Origin: the human T2T-CHM13v2.0 reference genome, Homo sapiens
DNA: 64,000 bases
NCBI RefSeq assembly: GCF_009914755.1
Contig: NC_060933.1
Direction: 5' to 3' (one strand)
Below, in pieces: positions 40,566 through 58,255 of the stretch; the first letter of the stretch is position 1; each line of letters begins with the position of its first letter. The translations under genes and the position numbers were made by a program. The notes under the pieces were generated by a model. It did no database searches. It saw nothing but the letters and a program-made list of their open reading frames with translations, and was not told the DNA's origin.

Positions 40566-42413
40566 TCAGAAAAGATACTTGCTTGGTCTGATTTCAATAT
40601 CCTTAAATTTGTTCCATGGACATGGAATATGTTCTATGTGCACTTGAGAAGAATGTATGGTCTGCTGTTGTGTGGAGTGTTCCGCAGGTGTCTGTTAGGT
40701 CTAATTGGTCTATAGTGTTGTTCAAGTCCTCTGTGTTCATATTAATCCTCTGTCTGGTTGATATATTCATTATCGAAAATAAGGTATTGAAATCTTCTAA
40801 TATTATTGTGTTCCTGTCTATTCAATTCTACCATTGTTTGCTTCATATATGTCTGTGTTCTGATGTTAGGTGAATATTTATAATTGTATCTTATTTTATT
40901 GATCCTGTTGTCATGTATTGTTTTTCCTTGTCCCTTGTGAAAAGTTTTAGAATTATAGTCTATTTCATCTGATATAAGCATCACAACCTCTGCTCTCTTT
41001 TGGTTACCATTTGTATGGAATATCTATTTCCATTTTTTCACATTCATTCTGTGTGTGTCCTTAGAGCTAAAGTGAGTCTTTTGTAGACAGCATACGGTTG
41101 CATCTTGTTTCTTTTTCAATCCATTCAGCCATTCTGTGTCTTTTGATTGGAGTGTTTAATTCAATTACATTTAAAGTAATTACTGATAGGAAAGAAATTT
41201 TACAATCTCCTGCTGTCTTCTCTTGTGATTTTTTTCAGTGACATGTTTGTATTTCTATCTCATTTTTGTACATCTTTTTAAGATATTTTATTTGTAGTTA
41301 CCATAGAGATTACATTAAACATCTTATAGTGAACTTGATGAACTTACATGAACTTATAATTATGAACTTAACTTCAATCACACACAAAACTTTACTTCTT
41401 TACATGTTACCCTACACACACTTTATGTTCTTGGTGCTATCAATTACATTTTTAACTTTATGTATCAATGTATATAGATTTATAGTTTAGTTATTTTCAT
41501 GCTTTTATATTTTTAACTACACTAGAATTAAAAATTATTTATGCACCACCATCATAGTATTAGAGGATTCTGTGTTTGCTTAAATATTTACCTTCAGCAA
41601 AGAGCTTTATATTTTCATATGATTTCATGTTGCTAGCTAATCTTTTCATTTCATTTTGAAACTCCCTTTAGCTATTCTTCTAAGCCTAATCTAGTGGTGA
41701 TGAAGTCCCTCAGCTTTTGTTTATTTGGGAAGGTCTGTTTATTTTTGAAGGACAGTTTTACAAGATGTAGTATTTTTGCTAGGCAAGATTTTTTTTCTTT
41801 CAATACTTTGAATATATCATCCCACTCCCTTCTGACCTGTAATGTTTCTGGTGAGAAATCCACTGATAATCTTATGGAAACTCCCTTGTACATGATGAGT
41901 CTGTTTTCTCTTGATGTTTTCAAGAATCTCTCTTTGACTTTTGCTTTTGACCAGTTGGTTATTGTGTGTCTTGGTGTGAGACTCTGAGTTCAACTTAATT
42001 GGAGTCTTTTGTGATTCCTGAATTTGGATATCCATTTTCTTTCTCAGTTGAGTGGTTTTAAGCCATTATTTCTTCAAATAAACTCTCTTCCCTTTCTTGC
42101 TCCCTTCTCCTTCTGGAACTCTCATAATGCCTGTATTGGTCCACTCAGTGGTACCACATAAATCCCACAGACTTTCTTTATTTTCCATCATTCTCTTTTC
42201 TATTTGATCCTCTAATTCAATAACTTCAAATGACCTTTCTTTGAGTTCACTGATTCCTTCTTCTGATTGATCACATCTGCTGTTAAATGCTTATAGTGAA
42301 TATTTCAATTCTGTTATTGCATTATTCAGCTCCATAACTTCTGTTTGGCCTTTATTCTGGTTTCTGTCTCTGTTGATATTCTACATTAGTTTGTGCATTG
42401 TTTTCCATTTGTT

Positions 42414-43045
42414 CTTTTTGTTTGTTTGTTTTTTGTTATTTTGAGATGGAGTCTGGCTCTGTCGCCCAGGCTGGAATGCAGTGGCATGATCTTGGCTCAC
42501 TGAAAACTCCGCCTCCTGAGTTCACGCCATTCTCCTGCCTCAGCCTCCTGAGTAGCTGGGACTACAGGTGCCTGCCACCACGTCCAGCTAATTTTTTGTA
42601 TTTTTTAGTAGAGACAGGGTTTCACCATGTTAGCCAGGATGGTCTCGATCTCCTGACCTCATGATCCACCTGCCTCGGCCTCCCAAAGTTCTGGGATTAC
42701 ACGTGTGAGCCACCATGCCTGGCTGTTTTTTTGTTTTTTTGTTTTTGTTTTTTTTTTAGATGGAGTTTTGCTCTTGTTGCCTAGGCTGGAATGTAATGGC
42801 GTGATCTTGGCTCACTGCAACCTCCAACCTCCACCTCCTGAGTTCAAGCTATTTCCCTGCCTCAGTCTCTTGAGTAGCGAGGACTACAGGCACCTGCCAC
42901 CACGCCCAGCTAATTTTTGTATTTTTAGTAGAGACGGGGTTTCATCATGTTGGTCAGGCTGATCTCGAACTCCTGACCTCAGGTGATCCACCCACTTCAG
43001 TCTCCCAAAGTGATGGGATTACAGGTGTAAGCCACCGTGCCCAGC
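42414..43045 (-). mobile_element. Two tandem Alus (AluY-like 42414-42724; AluS 42725-43045)
   Basis: Two complete antisense Alus. The second carries a 7-bp duplication CAACCTC at 42818-42831. Confidence 0.93.
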
Positions 43046-44454
43046 CTTCCTCTTTGTTTAGTTATATTTCTGTGTTCTCTTGTAATGCATTGAGCTTCTT
43101 TAAGGTGATTATTTTGAATTCTTTGTCAAGTAATTCACAGATATCCATTTTTAGGATTATTTTTTCTGGAAGTTTATTTTATTCCTTTGATTGAGTCATG
43201 TTTCTATGTTTTTCCATGTGTCTTGTTATTTTTTGCTGTGATGTGTGCATTTAAATATACAGCCACCTCTTCCAATCTTCATAAACTGCCTTCATACAAG
43301 GGAAGAGCTTCACCAATCGGCCTGGTTAGAGATTCTGGGGTCCTCCAAAATCTTTTCTGGGGATACATCTTTTCTGAGCTTATGTATCTGATTTCCCAGT
43401 TAGAGAGATTTGCAGTTTCTTTTTCAGGAGCTTCTAATCTCTTGCTGACACTGATGTCTGTCTGCAGTACTAGAAATTCTCTGATGTAATATGCAAGCTG
43501 CTGAATACCCTATTGTTTTCTGTGACCATAGGCATCCAAAGCATGCAGGTTCTGTCAATGCTCCAAGTCAGGTAAGACAGAACTCTGTTTGTAGGGCAGC
43601 CCCCTGACCAAAAAAAAAAAAAAAAAAAAAAATACACTGAATTGCTGGATGCATGTTCCACTCTTCTCTTTTTCTTCCAAACGAGTAGTCATGAGCTGGG
43701 CATTTTCTCCCAGTCACTCCAAGCTGTACCAGCTCTTTCATGGTGATAAGGTTCTCTGGGGCCGCATCAAACTGCTGAGCAACCTTTTCTTCTCAGCAGT
43801 CCCAAGACATCCATACTATACTGGTTCCTCATCACTGCTTCAAGCCAGGTGAGAGGGAAACCAGTCCCTGAGCAGCCCCCTGAAAAGCTAGAACATTAAA
43901 CATATGTTCTACTCTTCTCTTTCCCTCTCAAAGGAAAAGGCATGAGCTGGCCTTTTTCTCCTAATTTTGCTGTGTTGTGCCAGCTTGGAGGAGCTACTAA
44001 GGTTGAAATAAAATAACCTTTCTTACTCATTATAATGTGGCTGTTCTTGGCTTTGAGCTTGCCTGAGGTGCAATGATTTCTTAACTACTTTCTGGAGTTC
44101 TCATAAAGGCTTATTGTTGTCAAGTCAGTTTATCTGTGAGTGAATGAAGCCTGGGGCTTCCTAGTCTATCACTTTACTGACATCACTCTCTACTTTCTGT
44201 TTATTTCTTAACAAATTCCCAGATACTTCCTCTGGGCCCAAAAGTACCGAATCCATTTAATCCCATCACTTATTCATTATAAGGAGGAAAGCAAGGAGAC
44301 CATGTTCTACAAGTCATTTCTGGCACTTTATTTTGCATCCACTCCAATATAATAAGTTCATAGTGAGCAGTGGTGGAGTAAAAACTTTAAAAGATGGAGA
44401 GAAAAATCTCTGTGTTAATGAGAGTTTTTCCAATTGACTGTGTTAAAAAAGAAC

Positions 44455-44660
44455 ACTGACTTTAGAATCAGACAAATAGCAGACTAGCAATCCCAGCTTG
44501 ACTACTCAGTATGGAATATGGAGAAATTGAAATTCCCTGAGCCTTAATTTCTTCAGTAAATAATGCTGCCTTCACATAAAGTTGATATGAGTGTTCAATA
44601 ATGAATGCAAAGTTTCTAGCCTAGAACACAGAACACAGTAGGCATTCACAGTAGGCACTC
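44455..44660. mobile_element. MIR fragment
   Basis: actgactttagaatcagaca...tccctgagccttaatttcttc... Confidence 0.5.
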
Positions 44661-45611
44661 TCCTCCTCCAGTTAGCCAAATTAGATGAAAAGTATTATAG
44701 CAAGGAATAAATCATGTGAATAAGTTCAGTATATACCATATACCTATGGAAAAATATTGTATAATCTAAAGACAAAATTTATATGTGCCTAAACTTTCAA
44801 ATGATGTCTAGTACCTACTTTACATTTTTATAAACCAGCTGCCACATGCCAGGTAATTTGATTGTTTGTTCTATGCCAACTAAATACCACAGTGAATTAG
44901 TGAGGTTTTTTGTTCTTTTTTTTTTTTGCTTCTCACTAGAAAAGTATTTTAGAATATAAAGCCTGAAAAGAAAGGCCAGATATTTGTAACTGACTGAGCA
45001 ATACCTGGAAGGTTAAATAGGTACATTGAGGGATGTTGGCCAGAAAGGCTTCAAATGTATACCAAGAGAAAAAAACAAACAAACATAGGTGACATTTTGA
45101 TATCACCATCAGCTTTACTTTAATAAGTAATAATAAAAGACATGAAGACATTGACATGTCTCTATAAATGTACACAATGCCAAAAGAGTTGTACATTATT
45201 TATTAGACTTGAACTGAAAAATATGTAAAGTAAATTTGCGTATTGATTCAATCTACCATTGACTTTCAATATGATTTTTAAAATCTCAAAGAAATATTTC
45301 CAATTTGAATAATTAATACAATTCATCCTTCAGATCCTGATAGTCATTTAAAGTACCATTAGCAATACCTGTCTACTCACTCCTACCAATTAGGTGGCAA
45401 AAAATAAGCCAGAGTCTAAATACCCAGGAATTTTTAAAACTCACTTCAAAATAAATCATCTCATTAAGGCTTTGCACTGCCTATTAAAGGCAGTAATGTA
45501 GATATTCAGCAGAAAATGTAACATGGAAAAGGGGCTGAGTCTGACTATACGGTAAAAACCCGTTATTAGAAAACTCTGCAATTAGCTCTCTTCATTAAGA
45601 TCTGCTGGCTG

Positions 45612-45941
<330 letters not shown>

Positions 45942-47836
45942 AAGATCTGCTGGCTGATGGACCAAACACAAAAAAGCAAACAGGTTTTACAGGACTTAGT
46001 GCAAATTAATGACAGTTTATATTGCAATTTATTTTGCCCTAGATAACTTCCTTTGCAAAGATGTCAGAGAAAAGGGAGAAGGCAGTATTAACAGACAAAT
46101 TACAAAATGTGTTACAAGTAACATACAAATATGTGCAAAAGTTCTTTCATTTATTGGTTTATTCACCTTTATGCAACAATTATTGAGCACTTACTATGTG
46201 CCAGGAAAGACTTCACAGGACAAGATCTCATGGACAATATATCCTAGTGGGCAAGACAGAAAATAACAGATAAGTAAATATATAAAATAATTTTAAATAG
46301 TGATGTATGCTATGAAGAAGATAATCTTATGTTACTGTCCTATCTTGGTAATTTAGCAGTCTCAAACTTTATGAAGCAGGTATAAAGAAAGGCTAACTTA
46401 CGTGCTTTCATCTGAATCATTACATCAAATGATTGAACCAAGAAAAAGCCTTCCTCAGTTGGCTTCTTCATGAAAGTGACCACATCCTCCTTTCATGGAA
46501 ACCGTTGGACTCACTCACTGACAGGATTTGACTTATCCTTCATGAATGTTGAAAATAAAATTACAGTTTTTTTGAAGTTTAGGAAACAAAAAAGAGTTTA
46601 TTCAAGAAATAATGCCTGTGATAAAAAGAGCTCATTTGCACCATTTCTACCTGATTCTGAGTAGGCTAGTTAATGTTTTAGAAATTGCATTTGGGACTCA
46701 AGCAAAGCCTTTTGAAATTTAATATTCTGTATATTCATAAAAGCATAATCAGATGTGTATTATTATTAAAAGTTCCTCTCATGGTTTTCATTTATGGTAA
46801 ACGGCAATATGAAAGGACATAAAGAATACAAATTGATAAAAAATTTCCCTTAAAAAAAAAAGATTTTAGGATCCCCTTCCTCCTGCAAGACAAGTAGTTT
46901 CTGATGAGATTTGATTGACACTATGAGGTCTATGCACCTGGGTTGATATTCGTGTCTGTTTTTGCAATTAGAATACGTATTAGTGCTGACAAGCCTGGAA
47001 ATTCTTCAGCACTTTAAAAGAAGCACAATTTTAGTCTTGCAAAAAACCTAATTATAATAAACAAAAAAATTATAGCTCTGATCATAGTAACCAGGTTGCA
47101 AACTCCTACCCAATAGTAGGAGTTTCAAACAACCTTCATTTAAGTTATTGTATTCACTTCACAGAGGAAAGAAATAGGGCAATTGAGCATTAAACAGTGT
47201 TGCAAATATGACTGGAAAACCTCCACCTGATTCAAGGGAAGTGTCTGTCCTCGGTGAAATGGGAAGATTGGTCAGGGGCCTATCCCCCTCTTGGAGGTAA
47301 ATGAGGCCAAGTATTAATATTATTCTAAGCAGGTGGAGGTCTTACTATATTAGTCGGATAAATTCTAAAAATTAGGTTTATGCTTTAATGAGCTGCAGAA
47401 GGTTTGATTTTTTTAATGCTTCAACTGATCTGAATTCCTAACTCACAATACAGAATGGTCTTATGAAATGTCCCTATTCATAAAAGGTGCGTATTTCAAT
47501 TTCTAGACAATTCATTAGACATTCTTCTCTGTTTAATCCATAAAAATAAAGCCTATTTCATCATGATTTGGATAATTTTGCAAAGGACGATGAGGCATCC
47601 CAGAGCTGGTTGCTTGCATAAACTGTTTTCATTTTCATGAATTTGTAAATAAATTACTGCCTGAACAACCAGACTTTTATAAGTCTTCAGGGTAGCTGTA
47701 TTTAAAAAATTATACATAGTACTCTGACAGTACATTTCTCTAAAGGAAGTCAGAAAATTGTTCAAAAAGTATTTGGATTCAGCTTCTAGGACATATTTAA
47801 GGTAGCAAACCTGCCCACCACCAGAGTATGAAGTAA

Positions 47837-48158
<322 letters not shown>

Positions 48159-48876
48159 ATAGAAGCATTTTTTAACATGAGAGTCATTTAAAATTGCATG
48201 AGATCCTACCACGTAACAAACGCTGCATGCGTGCACTTTATGGGTGCATTCACATATGGCACCTCTTCCAAAGGGCATGCGATTTGGATTCCATGAAATT
48301 GAATGTTGCAAACTCATCAAAATGCAACCTTTAAAACTAGTTTTCCAAATGAAGAAACATCATAATACAATTTTATAGGCCGATGTGGAAAGGCTGTGTT
48401 AAAGACTGAATGCCTGCTCTCTGACACGTTCATCTTGTCAAGGCTTCCCAAAGGCACTGCAGACTTTGCAGCTGTATTAGCAGTGATTCCTTCGTTTGGA
48501 ATGCCTGTTCCCATGCGCACACACTCTTGCTGCAGCCACATCATATTTAAAATCTGCCCTGATCCTCCTGGTTGACATCAATGTTGTCACTCCTCTTCAT
48601 TTTCATAGCATTAAGCCCTATTTTGTACTTAACAGAAAGTAAGTTCGGCACAGAGGGAAGAGAATTGGGCCTATTTTGTTCATATCCCATCTCTGGAGCT
48701 GAGCATAGTGACAGGTACACAGAAAGCTCTCATCTGGTATTTTGAATACATTATAACATTTTCCCAGTCTTTTCAACATATTGTCTCAGCACTGGTGGGG
48801 GAAAAATGCTGCAAAGGCCATGCTTTTCCAGCCTAAATCTTCCCCAGGACTGGCACAGTGAGTGGCACATAGTAGG

Positions 48877-49330
48877 GGTATTAGTCCCTGTGGCTGCTTA
48901 ACAAAGTATCACAGCTGGGCTGCTTAAAATAACAGAAATTTATACTTTCATAGTTCTAGAGGCCAGAATTCCAAAATCAATGTGTTGGCAAGACCACACT
49001 TTTCCTGGAGTCTACGGGGGTGGACTGGTTCTTTGCCCCTCCCATCTTCTGTTGGCGTCCCTAACTTGTGGCTGCATTACTGCGGTCTCTGCCTCCATGG
49101 GCACTTAAGTTCCTCCTCTCCTTTCTGTGCTTTCTCCCTTTGCCTCTCTTTTATAAGGACACTTGTGATCATAATTCAAGGCCACCTGAATAAAGAAGGT
49201 TCATCCCCTCATGCCAAGATCCCTAACTTAATCACGTCTACAAAGACTCTTTTGCCAAACAAGGGAACACTTCCCAGTCCCAGGGATTAGAATCTGAGAT
49301 CTTTGGATGACCATCTCTCAATCTACTATG
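48877..49330 (-). mobile_element. MaLR LTR (MLT1)
   Basis: gtattagtccctgtggctgc...cagaaatttatactttcatagttctagaggccag. Confidence 0.75.
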
Positions 49331-49837
49331 GTAGACGTGGAGTAAGTACACGGAGTTTTACCAGTACAAGCACAGTGATACATGATCTGTTGGTTGATTC
49401 CATATATCTTGTTTTTGATGCTGTTTGCCAAAAAATATCAAAAGATCACAGCTCTTCTGCAAGGCAGTCATTTAAGCAGAGAAATAAATCCACTGTAACG
49501 GTGTTATTTCTCACTGTTGTTTTCTTAGCTGAGTGGCTGGTTTCTTAAGCATAGCCACAGCATCCGATGAACCCTAGAATTTCTGTTGCATTTGCAATCA
49601 TCTCTCCAGTCACTTGGGTCCTTCTGCACTCGCTTCCTGCTCTGACTTATGTGGCACCATTCCACCATGTGGCAGGACTCCCCATCTTTTTTGTGGCACT
49701 GACACGATAGGACACTACACATTTCTAACCTTTATTTTCAACAGATTGTTCCCTCACTCAGCATAAAATTTCATCCAGCATTCTCATCACACGGTGAGGG
49801 TTCACTGATTTCAATGGTGTATGAAAATGCAGCTCTG

Positions 49838-50165
<328 letters not shown>

Positions 50166-50579
50166 TCAGAGACAGAAGCAGATGGCTAAACTGGCCTGTG
50201 CTGGGATCCCAGCACTAAAAGCCAGATGGTGTGGATTTCAGTCAGATCTTTCATAACCAACAAATTTGAGAAACAGATGAGGCAGGGCCAAGAACTACTA
50301 ATTTTTTCATTTTATAAATAAGCACCATTAAGCTTTTCTTCTATAAAGCCTCTTGATCTAACCACTAACTAAGCTATTTGTCTGAAACCCTCAAGTCAAT
50401 GTAGTAAATAAGCATTTACTAAATTTAAATTTAATAAAATAAGCATTTTTTTTTCCTCTTTTGGCCAATTTAGTTCTTTAGAAGTTGGGTTAACAGAAGC
50501 CAACTTCACCACCGTCAAAACATATGTTTGCTTTTACATAAGTAGAGGCATGCTGTTACTTCTTTTTAAAAATAGTTTA

Positions 50580-50871
50580 GGCCAGGCGCAGTGGCTCACG
50601 CCTGTAATCCTAGCACTTTGGGAGGCTGAGGCGGGCAGGTCACGAGGTCAAGAGATTGAGACCATCCTGGCCAACATGGTGAAACCCTGTCTCTACTAAA
50701 ATTACAAAAATTAGCTGGGTGTGGTGGCGCAGGTGTGTAGTCCCAGCTACTCGGGAGGCTGTGGCAGAAGAATCTCTTGAACCCAAGGAGGTGGAGGTTG
50801 CAGTGAGCCAAGATTGCGCCACTGCACTCCAGCTTGGCAACAGAGCAAGACTCTGGCTCAAAAAAAAAAAA
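50580..50871 (+). mobile_element. AluSc-like
   Basis: Full Alu; TSD AAAA(T)AGTTTA. Confidence 0.92.
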
Positions 50872-51183
50872 GTTTAGTGTAGAAAATAGTACTTTCAGAT
50901 TGGGCTACCAGTGTACCATGCATAAATGAAAAGTGTCCTGTGTCATTAAACAGATGCATTTAAAAAAAGAATTTTTTTACAGGTCCACAAACAAGTTTGA
51001 AATTAGAAGGAAATTGTGAGCATTCAAATAATAAAGTGGCTTAATACAATCCAAATAAGCTGAAATGTTCAATTACAGAGTATATAGTAAAAATATAGAT
51101 CCATGCTCTCTCAGTGCAAGCTGTCATCCCATGTCACAGCATGCACTATACGCCCTCTTCTTTTCTCTTACTAATATCTTTAA

Positions 51184-51540
<357 letters not shown>

Positions 51541-51654
51541 TAAACTGCATTCAACTCTTTAAATTCTTTTTAAATTTTATTTTTTAATTGACAAATAATA
51601 CTAGAGGCAATGGTAACCATGAATTCTGAAAGAGATGACTGTTTTATTAAGAGC

Positions 51655-51890
51655 TTTTATTATTTTATTTTTGATCAACATAAAATAATTATACATCTCT
51701 ATGGGTTACATAGGGATGTTTTGATACATACAATACAACCTTACTGAATTGTTTATCACATCTAATGGATTTTTGGCAGAGTGTTTAAGTTCTTCTATAT
51801 ATAAGATTATGTTGCCAGCAAATAGGGACAATTTGACTTCCACCTTTCCAATTTGAATAGGCTTTATTTCTTTTTCTTGCCTAATCACCT
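51655..51890 (-). mobile_element. L1 fragments (3' end plus ORF2 RT piece)
   Basis: Peptide [31 protein letters not shown]. Confidence 0.8.
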
Positions 51891-54486
51891 GCATAAGTTG
51901 TTATTGGATACCCACTAGATACTAGGCTGTTTGTTCTATGCTAGATGCTATAAGAATAGAAATATGAAAAAAAAATACCTACCACAAGGAATTTTAGTCC
52001 CATGGGCCAGCCCTAAGGCAGAGAGCTAGCTATGAGAGATATTGTGAATGGTACTAAGTGGCCAAGGAACACAGAGAACAGAGATGTGAATTCACATTCA
52101 CAAGGGCTGGAGGAGGAAAGAGGCAACTGGTAGGTACGTGGCATTTCTAGGCCATTTGGTGTTGGTTAGGCTTTGAGTAGACAGATAAGAAAATAAACGG
52201 GTTTTTAGTTGGGAGAACGGTATACCCACAGTATGAAGGCAGAAAGACTCGAAGGTTGTCTACCAAACAGCTTTCCGACCAGTGTGATCCAGGAGACTGG
52301 GAGAACTCTCTGAAAAAAAAAAAAAAGAAAGAAAGAAACAGCATAAGTCGGATAACAAGGACCAGACTAAGGTTGGAAGTTTATTCATTAGACCCTAGAG
52401 ACCCATCAAAATGTTTTGAGCAGCGTTATATTAGATGGGTATCAAATACTTCTGGAATCCATTGGTACTGGATTCATTATATTTTAACCACTCCACCAGG
52501 CCTACCATTAGTTACAACATGAGAAGCTAAACGTTATATTCTAACCAACACTTTATCTCCAGTTTTTGCAGAGAAAGCAGTCTGAGCTGCTGCTTTGACT
52601 CCACTCAGTAGTTTGTGATTAGTCTGAAATGCTCTACTGCACAGAGCAGGGTCAAGCACATTTCATACACTTGTTTAACAAGTAGCACTCAGGAAGTATA
52701 TTTTCTGATCCACTTCATAGTATCACAATGCAAGCCGAAAACAATGACTGAAGATGGCAAGATAAAACTATTTGTAATGGAAGCAAATATAAGTTATCCA
52801 CTTTTATTATTCAGTCCTCTGTTTGGATGGAACACATGAATATTAAAATGGCTGTATTTCATTCCTTTTCAAAAGTAGTAAGAGAAGGATAATCATATGC
52901 AATAAAGCATTTTCGGCCTGGGTCTTTATGACAGCTCTAAATGCCTGCCACATTTTAAATACCACAGGTGCAAAACAAATGTATAAATTCCCTGTTACAT
53001 AATTTTCCATTTATATTGTAGAGAAACAAAATACAGTGTAATGGGGAATTTAATTCTCTGAATAGAAATTATATAATCTCAGCAAGAAAATTCAATAACA
53101 GCTTCTACACAGATGGCAAAAATCTGCTGAAAGATCCCAAGAGTAATGGAAGACAACTGGAATTTGCATATAAGATTGGATATCACCTTTCCAAAGCCGT
53201 GTCAATAATTTAGTTCCAATGTTTTCTGCGTGATTCACTAATTTTATAATTATAATTTTTGGCAGAATATGGGCTACTCAAAATGGTCCAAATGCAAAAA
53301 GTAGCTTTAAGCAGAACATGAAGTAATCTATCATCTTTTTATAAGTAAATAAATAATAATCACATTTGCTATTATTCATATGCTTTGCAAGTTTAGTATT
53401 TCTTTGTGTCCTGTAACATGTTCCCTTCAAAGTAATGGAAGATGGAAAATAACAACAATGAAAAGCTGGAACGTGCTCAAAATTTTGACACATCAGCAAC
53501 ACCACCAGTTAAATCCACATACTGCACTAAGATATACAGTTTAGTGAACAGTTGTCAGGCAAATCTATTGTGTGAGTGAACCAGCCAATGTGTTCAGCAC
53601 TCTTATAACAACTAGTTTAGAACATTTTTTGATTGAGTAACCTGAAGACTCTAGGAGACTGAGAAGTGTGCAGAGACCCAGCCAGTAAAGATCTGGGACA
53701 GAAATTAAGAACGTTAGACTCCAGGTTGAGTGTTCGCTCCACGACACAGCAGAAGGGAATTGGAAAGACCCTTGTTTTTATAGTATCTTCATTGTCATAG
53801 GCTTCCTAAGAAGAAGAGTTCTAGGGGTAAAAGTCACCAAACGCAGAGGGAAAGTAAGTTTTCTTTCAGTGCTTTTTAATTAGCAAACTCAATAATGTTG
53901 GCAAATACATATATTCATCCCCTGAGCTGAGTCAACACAATCTAAATGAAAGAGAATCTGGGGGAGCATAAAGGAGGGAGGCTGTGAATTAAACAGCCTG
54001 GGGAAGCCTCAGACATCACTGATCAAGGTGGCCTAAGCATCTCCTGCATCCCAGCACATGTTTGGCTGTGGAGACACACTGTTTCAGAAGGCATACACAC
54101 AACCACCAACAAAAACAGGTCTAGGTGGGTATTTTGCAGGGGAGACTCACAGGGCTTTCCTGCAGTACCATCTCCTCTCTTTATAAAAATTTAGAATCTT
54201 GTTCTGATTAGTCCAAACCCACAACCATGCCCTTCTCCCATTTTATCTGTTTCCCCCCCTATTTGGGAATAAATCTTATGGTTTAAATTACTTTGACAGG
54301 TAAATGCCAGTCCAGCATCAGCAAACCTGGTGGGTTGCCATAAGCTACTGGCAAAGTGCAACCACCAGGGGCGCCCGAAACCTGTGGAGGCGGAGATTGT
54401 GAGTTTGTCAAAAACAAGGACACCCTTAAAGCAGGCGCATTGCTGGGTGTGAAGCAGGGGAGGGGGCTTTAAAAAGGCCGTACCTT

Positions 54487-54868
<382 letters not shown>

Positions 54869-55009
54869 TCACCTGAAACTGGGAGCTGGAGGTCAATAGT
54901 CGTAACCTGGAAGTGCTGGCTGGCAAGGTTTTGGAGCAGGCTCATATAAGGGTGGTTGGAAGGTGCAGTTCTTGAGGGTACGGCTGCTACAAAAAAAAAT
55001 ACAATAAAA

Positions 55010-55122
55010 TGCAATGCAATATTTGGGACATACTTATACTAATTAACAGTATTTGTCATTTATCTAAAATCCAAATTTAACTGAGTGTCTTAAATATTCA
55101 TTTTCTAAATCTTGCAACCCTA
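55010..55122. mobile_element. MER53 hAT-type MITE, one arm
   Basis: aatatttgggacatacttatacta...ttatctaaaatccaaatttaactg...gcaacccta. Confidence 0.75.
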
Positions 55123-55850
55123 CTTGTGGTAGAGTGGGGAGGAGTCACAAAAAAAGGAGGTAAAAAGTCTCCGGGTCTGCTGTGTCGGAGAAACAGAGGT
55201 TAATACAGCAAGAGTCTGGGCTGGAAGTGGAGAAGTGGCTGAGATAAGAAGGCCCCTTACCTGACTGCCCTGGATTTAGGGGAATGGATGCTTCACAGTC
55301 TGCCCTGGGCATAAGAGTCAAGCAACATTCCTATGATAACCTGAAGAGCTCCATTTTTAACATACTGAATTTTGGATGGTGCAATTAATATCTGTTACAC
55401 AGTTACCACATTGCAGTGTATCGATCATTTGCACTAATATCTAATTAAATTGTAAGTTCTGGCATTTTATCTTTCCATACCCATATCCTTGGAAAATGCT
55501 AGGTACATATTTGTGCTTGCTGATTTTTGAAAAAAAATTCAAAAAATTTTTTAACACATTTACTAATTAACCATAAACTCAGTATCAACCAGTGCTAAAA
55601 CAGGGAAGAGGGCATGCAGCTACCTGGATATGGCACACAGCTACCTGAACAGACAATATTACAGGAAAGGCAATATACATGGAAAGTCTCTTCTCTCTGC
55701 ACAAAAACGTATCTCAGAAAATAGTTTTTTCCCTGAGTTCCTGGCTCTGACATTAACAAAGGCAGACTGAGGGTGTCCCAGGTGACATACATGATGGTGG
55801 GGGCTACTGACGCCTTTTCATGTGTAGAAAGATTAAAAGAAGGAAAGACA

Positions 55851-56260
<410 letters not shown>

Positions 56261-57015
56261 TTAAGCATTCAAAGTGCCCAATAATGCAAGACAGCCTCGC
56301 AACGGTAACGGGGACCAGGGCTCCTGGCCACTGGAAAAGCTACAGCTGATTCTAGGGGAACAGCCAACAGAGATGTAATACATACCTGCATTTGGGAGGA
56401 AGCGAGGACCAGGCATCATTAAAGGCTTGTCTACATTTAAGTGTCTGTGGTTCCAGATGAACCTGTCCCAATGCTTCCCTCACCATTCTCTCTTCCTCAA
56501 ATCAAGATGGACATAAAACTGAATCACCTCATTACTTACCAAACATTACAGTGAAAGTCTCACTCACCCTCATAATTACTTAAAAAAACCTGCACTTACA
56601 TGATTCTGAATGGGCAGATAAAAACATTGTATGTTCTGGCTTTATCAGAGGACTGAGGTTAAATGTGACAAGAACAAGCTCAGCTCTGCCCGGGGATGAA
56701 GGGCCTGCCTGTCACCCACACCCCGGGGATGTGGACTCCCAAAGGTATTCAGACACCTCTATCGCTCCCTGCTGTTCAGGGACCAGTGAATCTTGCTTGT
56801 GTCCTGCCTTAATTCCACTTACGACTTTTCTGACGATTGGACTTTATCATCTTTACATTTGCATCACTGCATCTGTGTATATGTCTGTAATATTTTTATG
56901 TTTCTCAAAACACTTTATGTTGTTTTTATTTATTCTAAAAATCGTAAGTGGAACTATAACAGAGTAATGATGCAAATTTCACTCACAATTGAAGATTTAA
57001 AAATCCAAGCCTCGG

Positions 57016-57327
<312 letters not shown>

Positions 57328-57682
57328 TTGGGTTTTCTTTCTTCTTTCCCACAAAGGTCAGTAGGAAACTGTTTGCAACAGGAAATGCCCTGGTCTCCAG
57401 GTGCTGCTCCAAGAAGTGGCTGACCCATTGCCATGTGTCATTCAAGTGACAGTGTTGAGGGACTAAATATGTCATTCCACGGTTAAAGTTGGCTACAACA
57501 AATTTGGCAAGAATTAAAGTGTAAACATTTCGGGGAACATTGTACAGTTAAAGCATCAGAAATAAATGGCAAAACAGTTTGCTGCTCCTATAGTCAACCA
57601 AATGAAAGTTTAAAACAATAAAGAAACATTAAAGTTTCAGGCCAGGTCACTACTATTAAAGGTTTGTCCATTTCACTTAGAA

Positions 57683-57810
57683 CTCAGTTTCTCTAGCTCA
57701 GTATTATTGATATTTTGTACCTGATAATTTTTTTGTAGCAGGGGACTGACTGTCCTGAGTGTAGTAGGACTTTGCAGGCCCTCACCTCTGTCGACAAGAT
57801 GCCATTTGAC
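57683..57810. mobile_element. MER20 fragment
   Basis: ctcagtattattgatattttg...ataatttttttgt...tgtcctg. Confidence 0.55.
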
Positions 57811-57934
57811 TTTGATGAAAATAGGCTACCATGGCCGCAGTTGCCCTTGGATTCCAAGGCAGCGGAACATGAGCAAAAGCTTGGAGCCCTGTCACTTGAG
57901 ATGGTCCTCAGTGATAAAGAAACAAATTATTTCT

Positions 57935-58255
<321 letters not shown>

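Noticed and set aside
50403-50448. AT-rich palindrome TAAATTTAAATTTA between 12-bp direct repeats AAATAAGCATTT
   Set aside because: Short and low-complexity; compatible with local slippage or chance.
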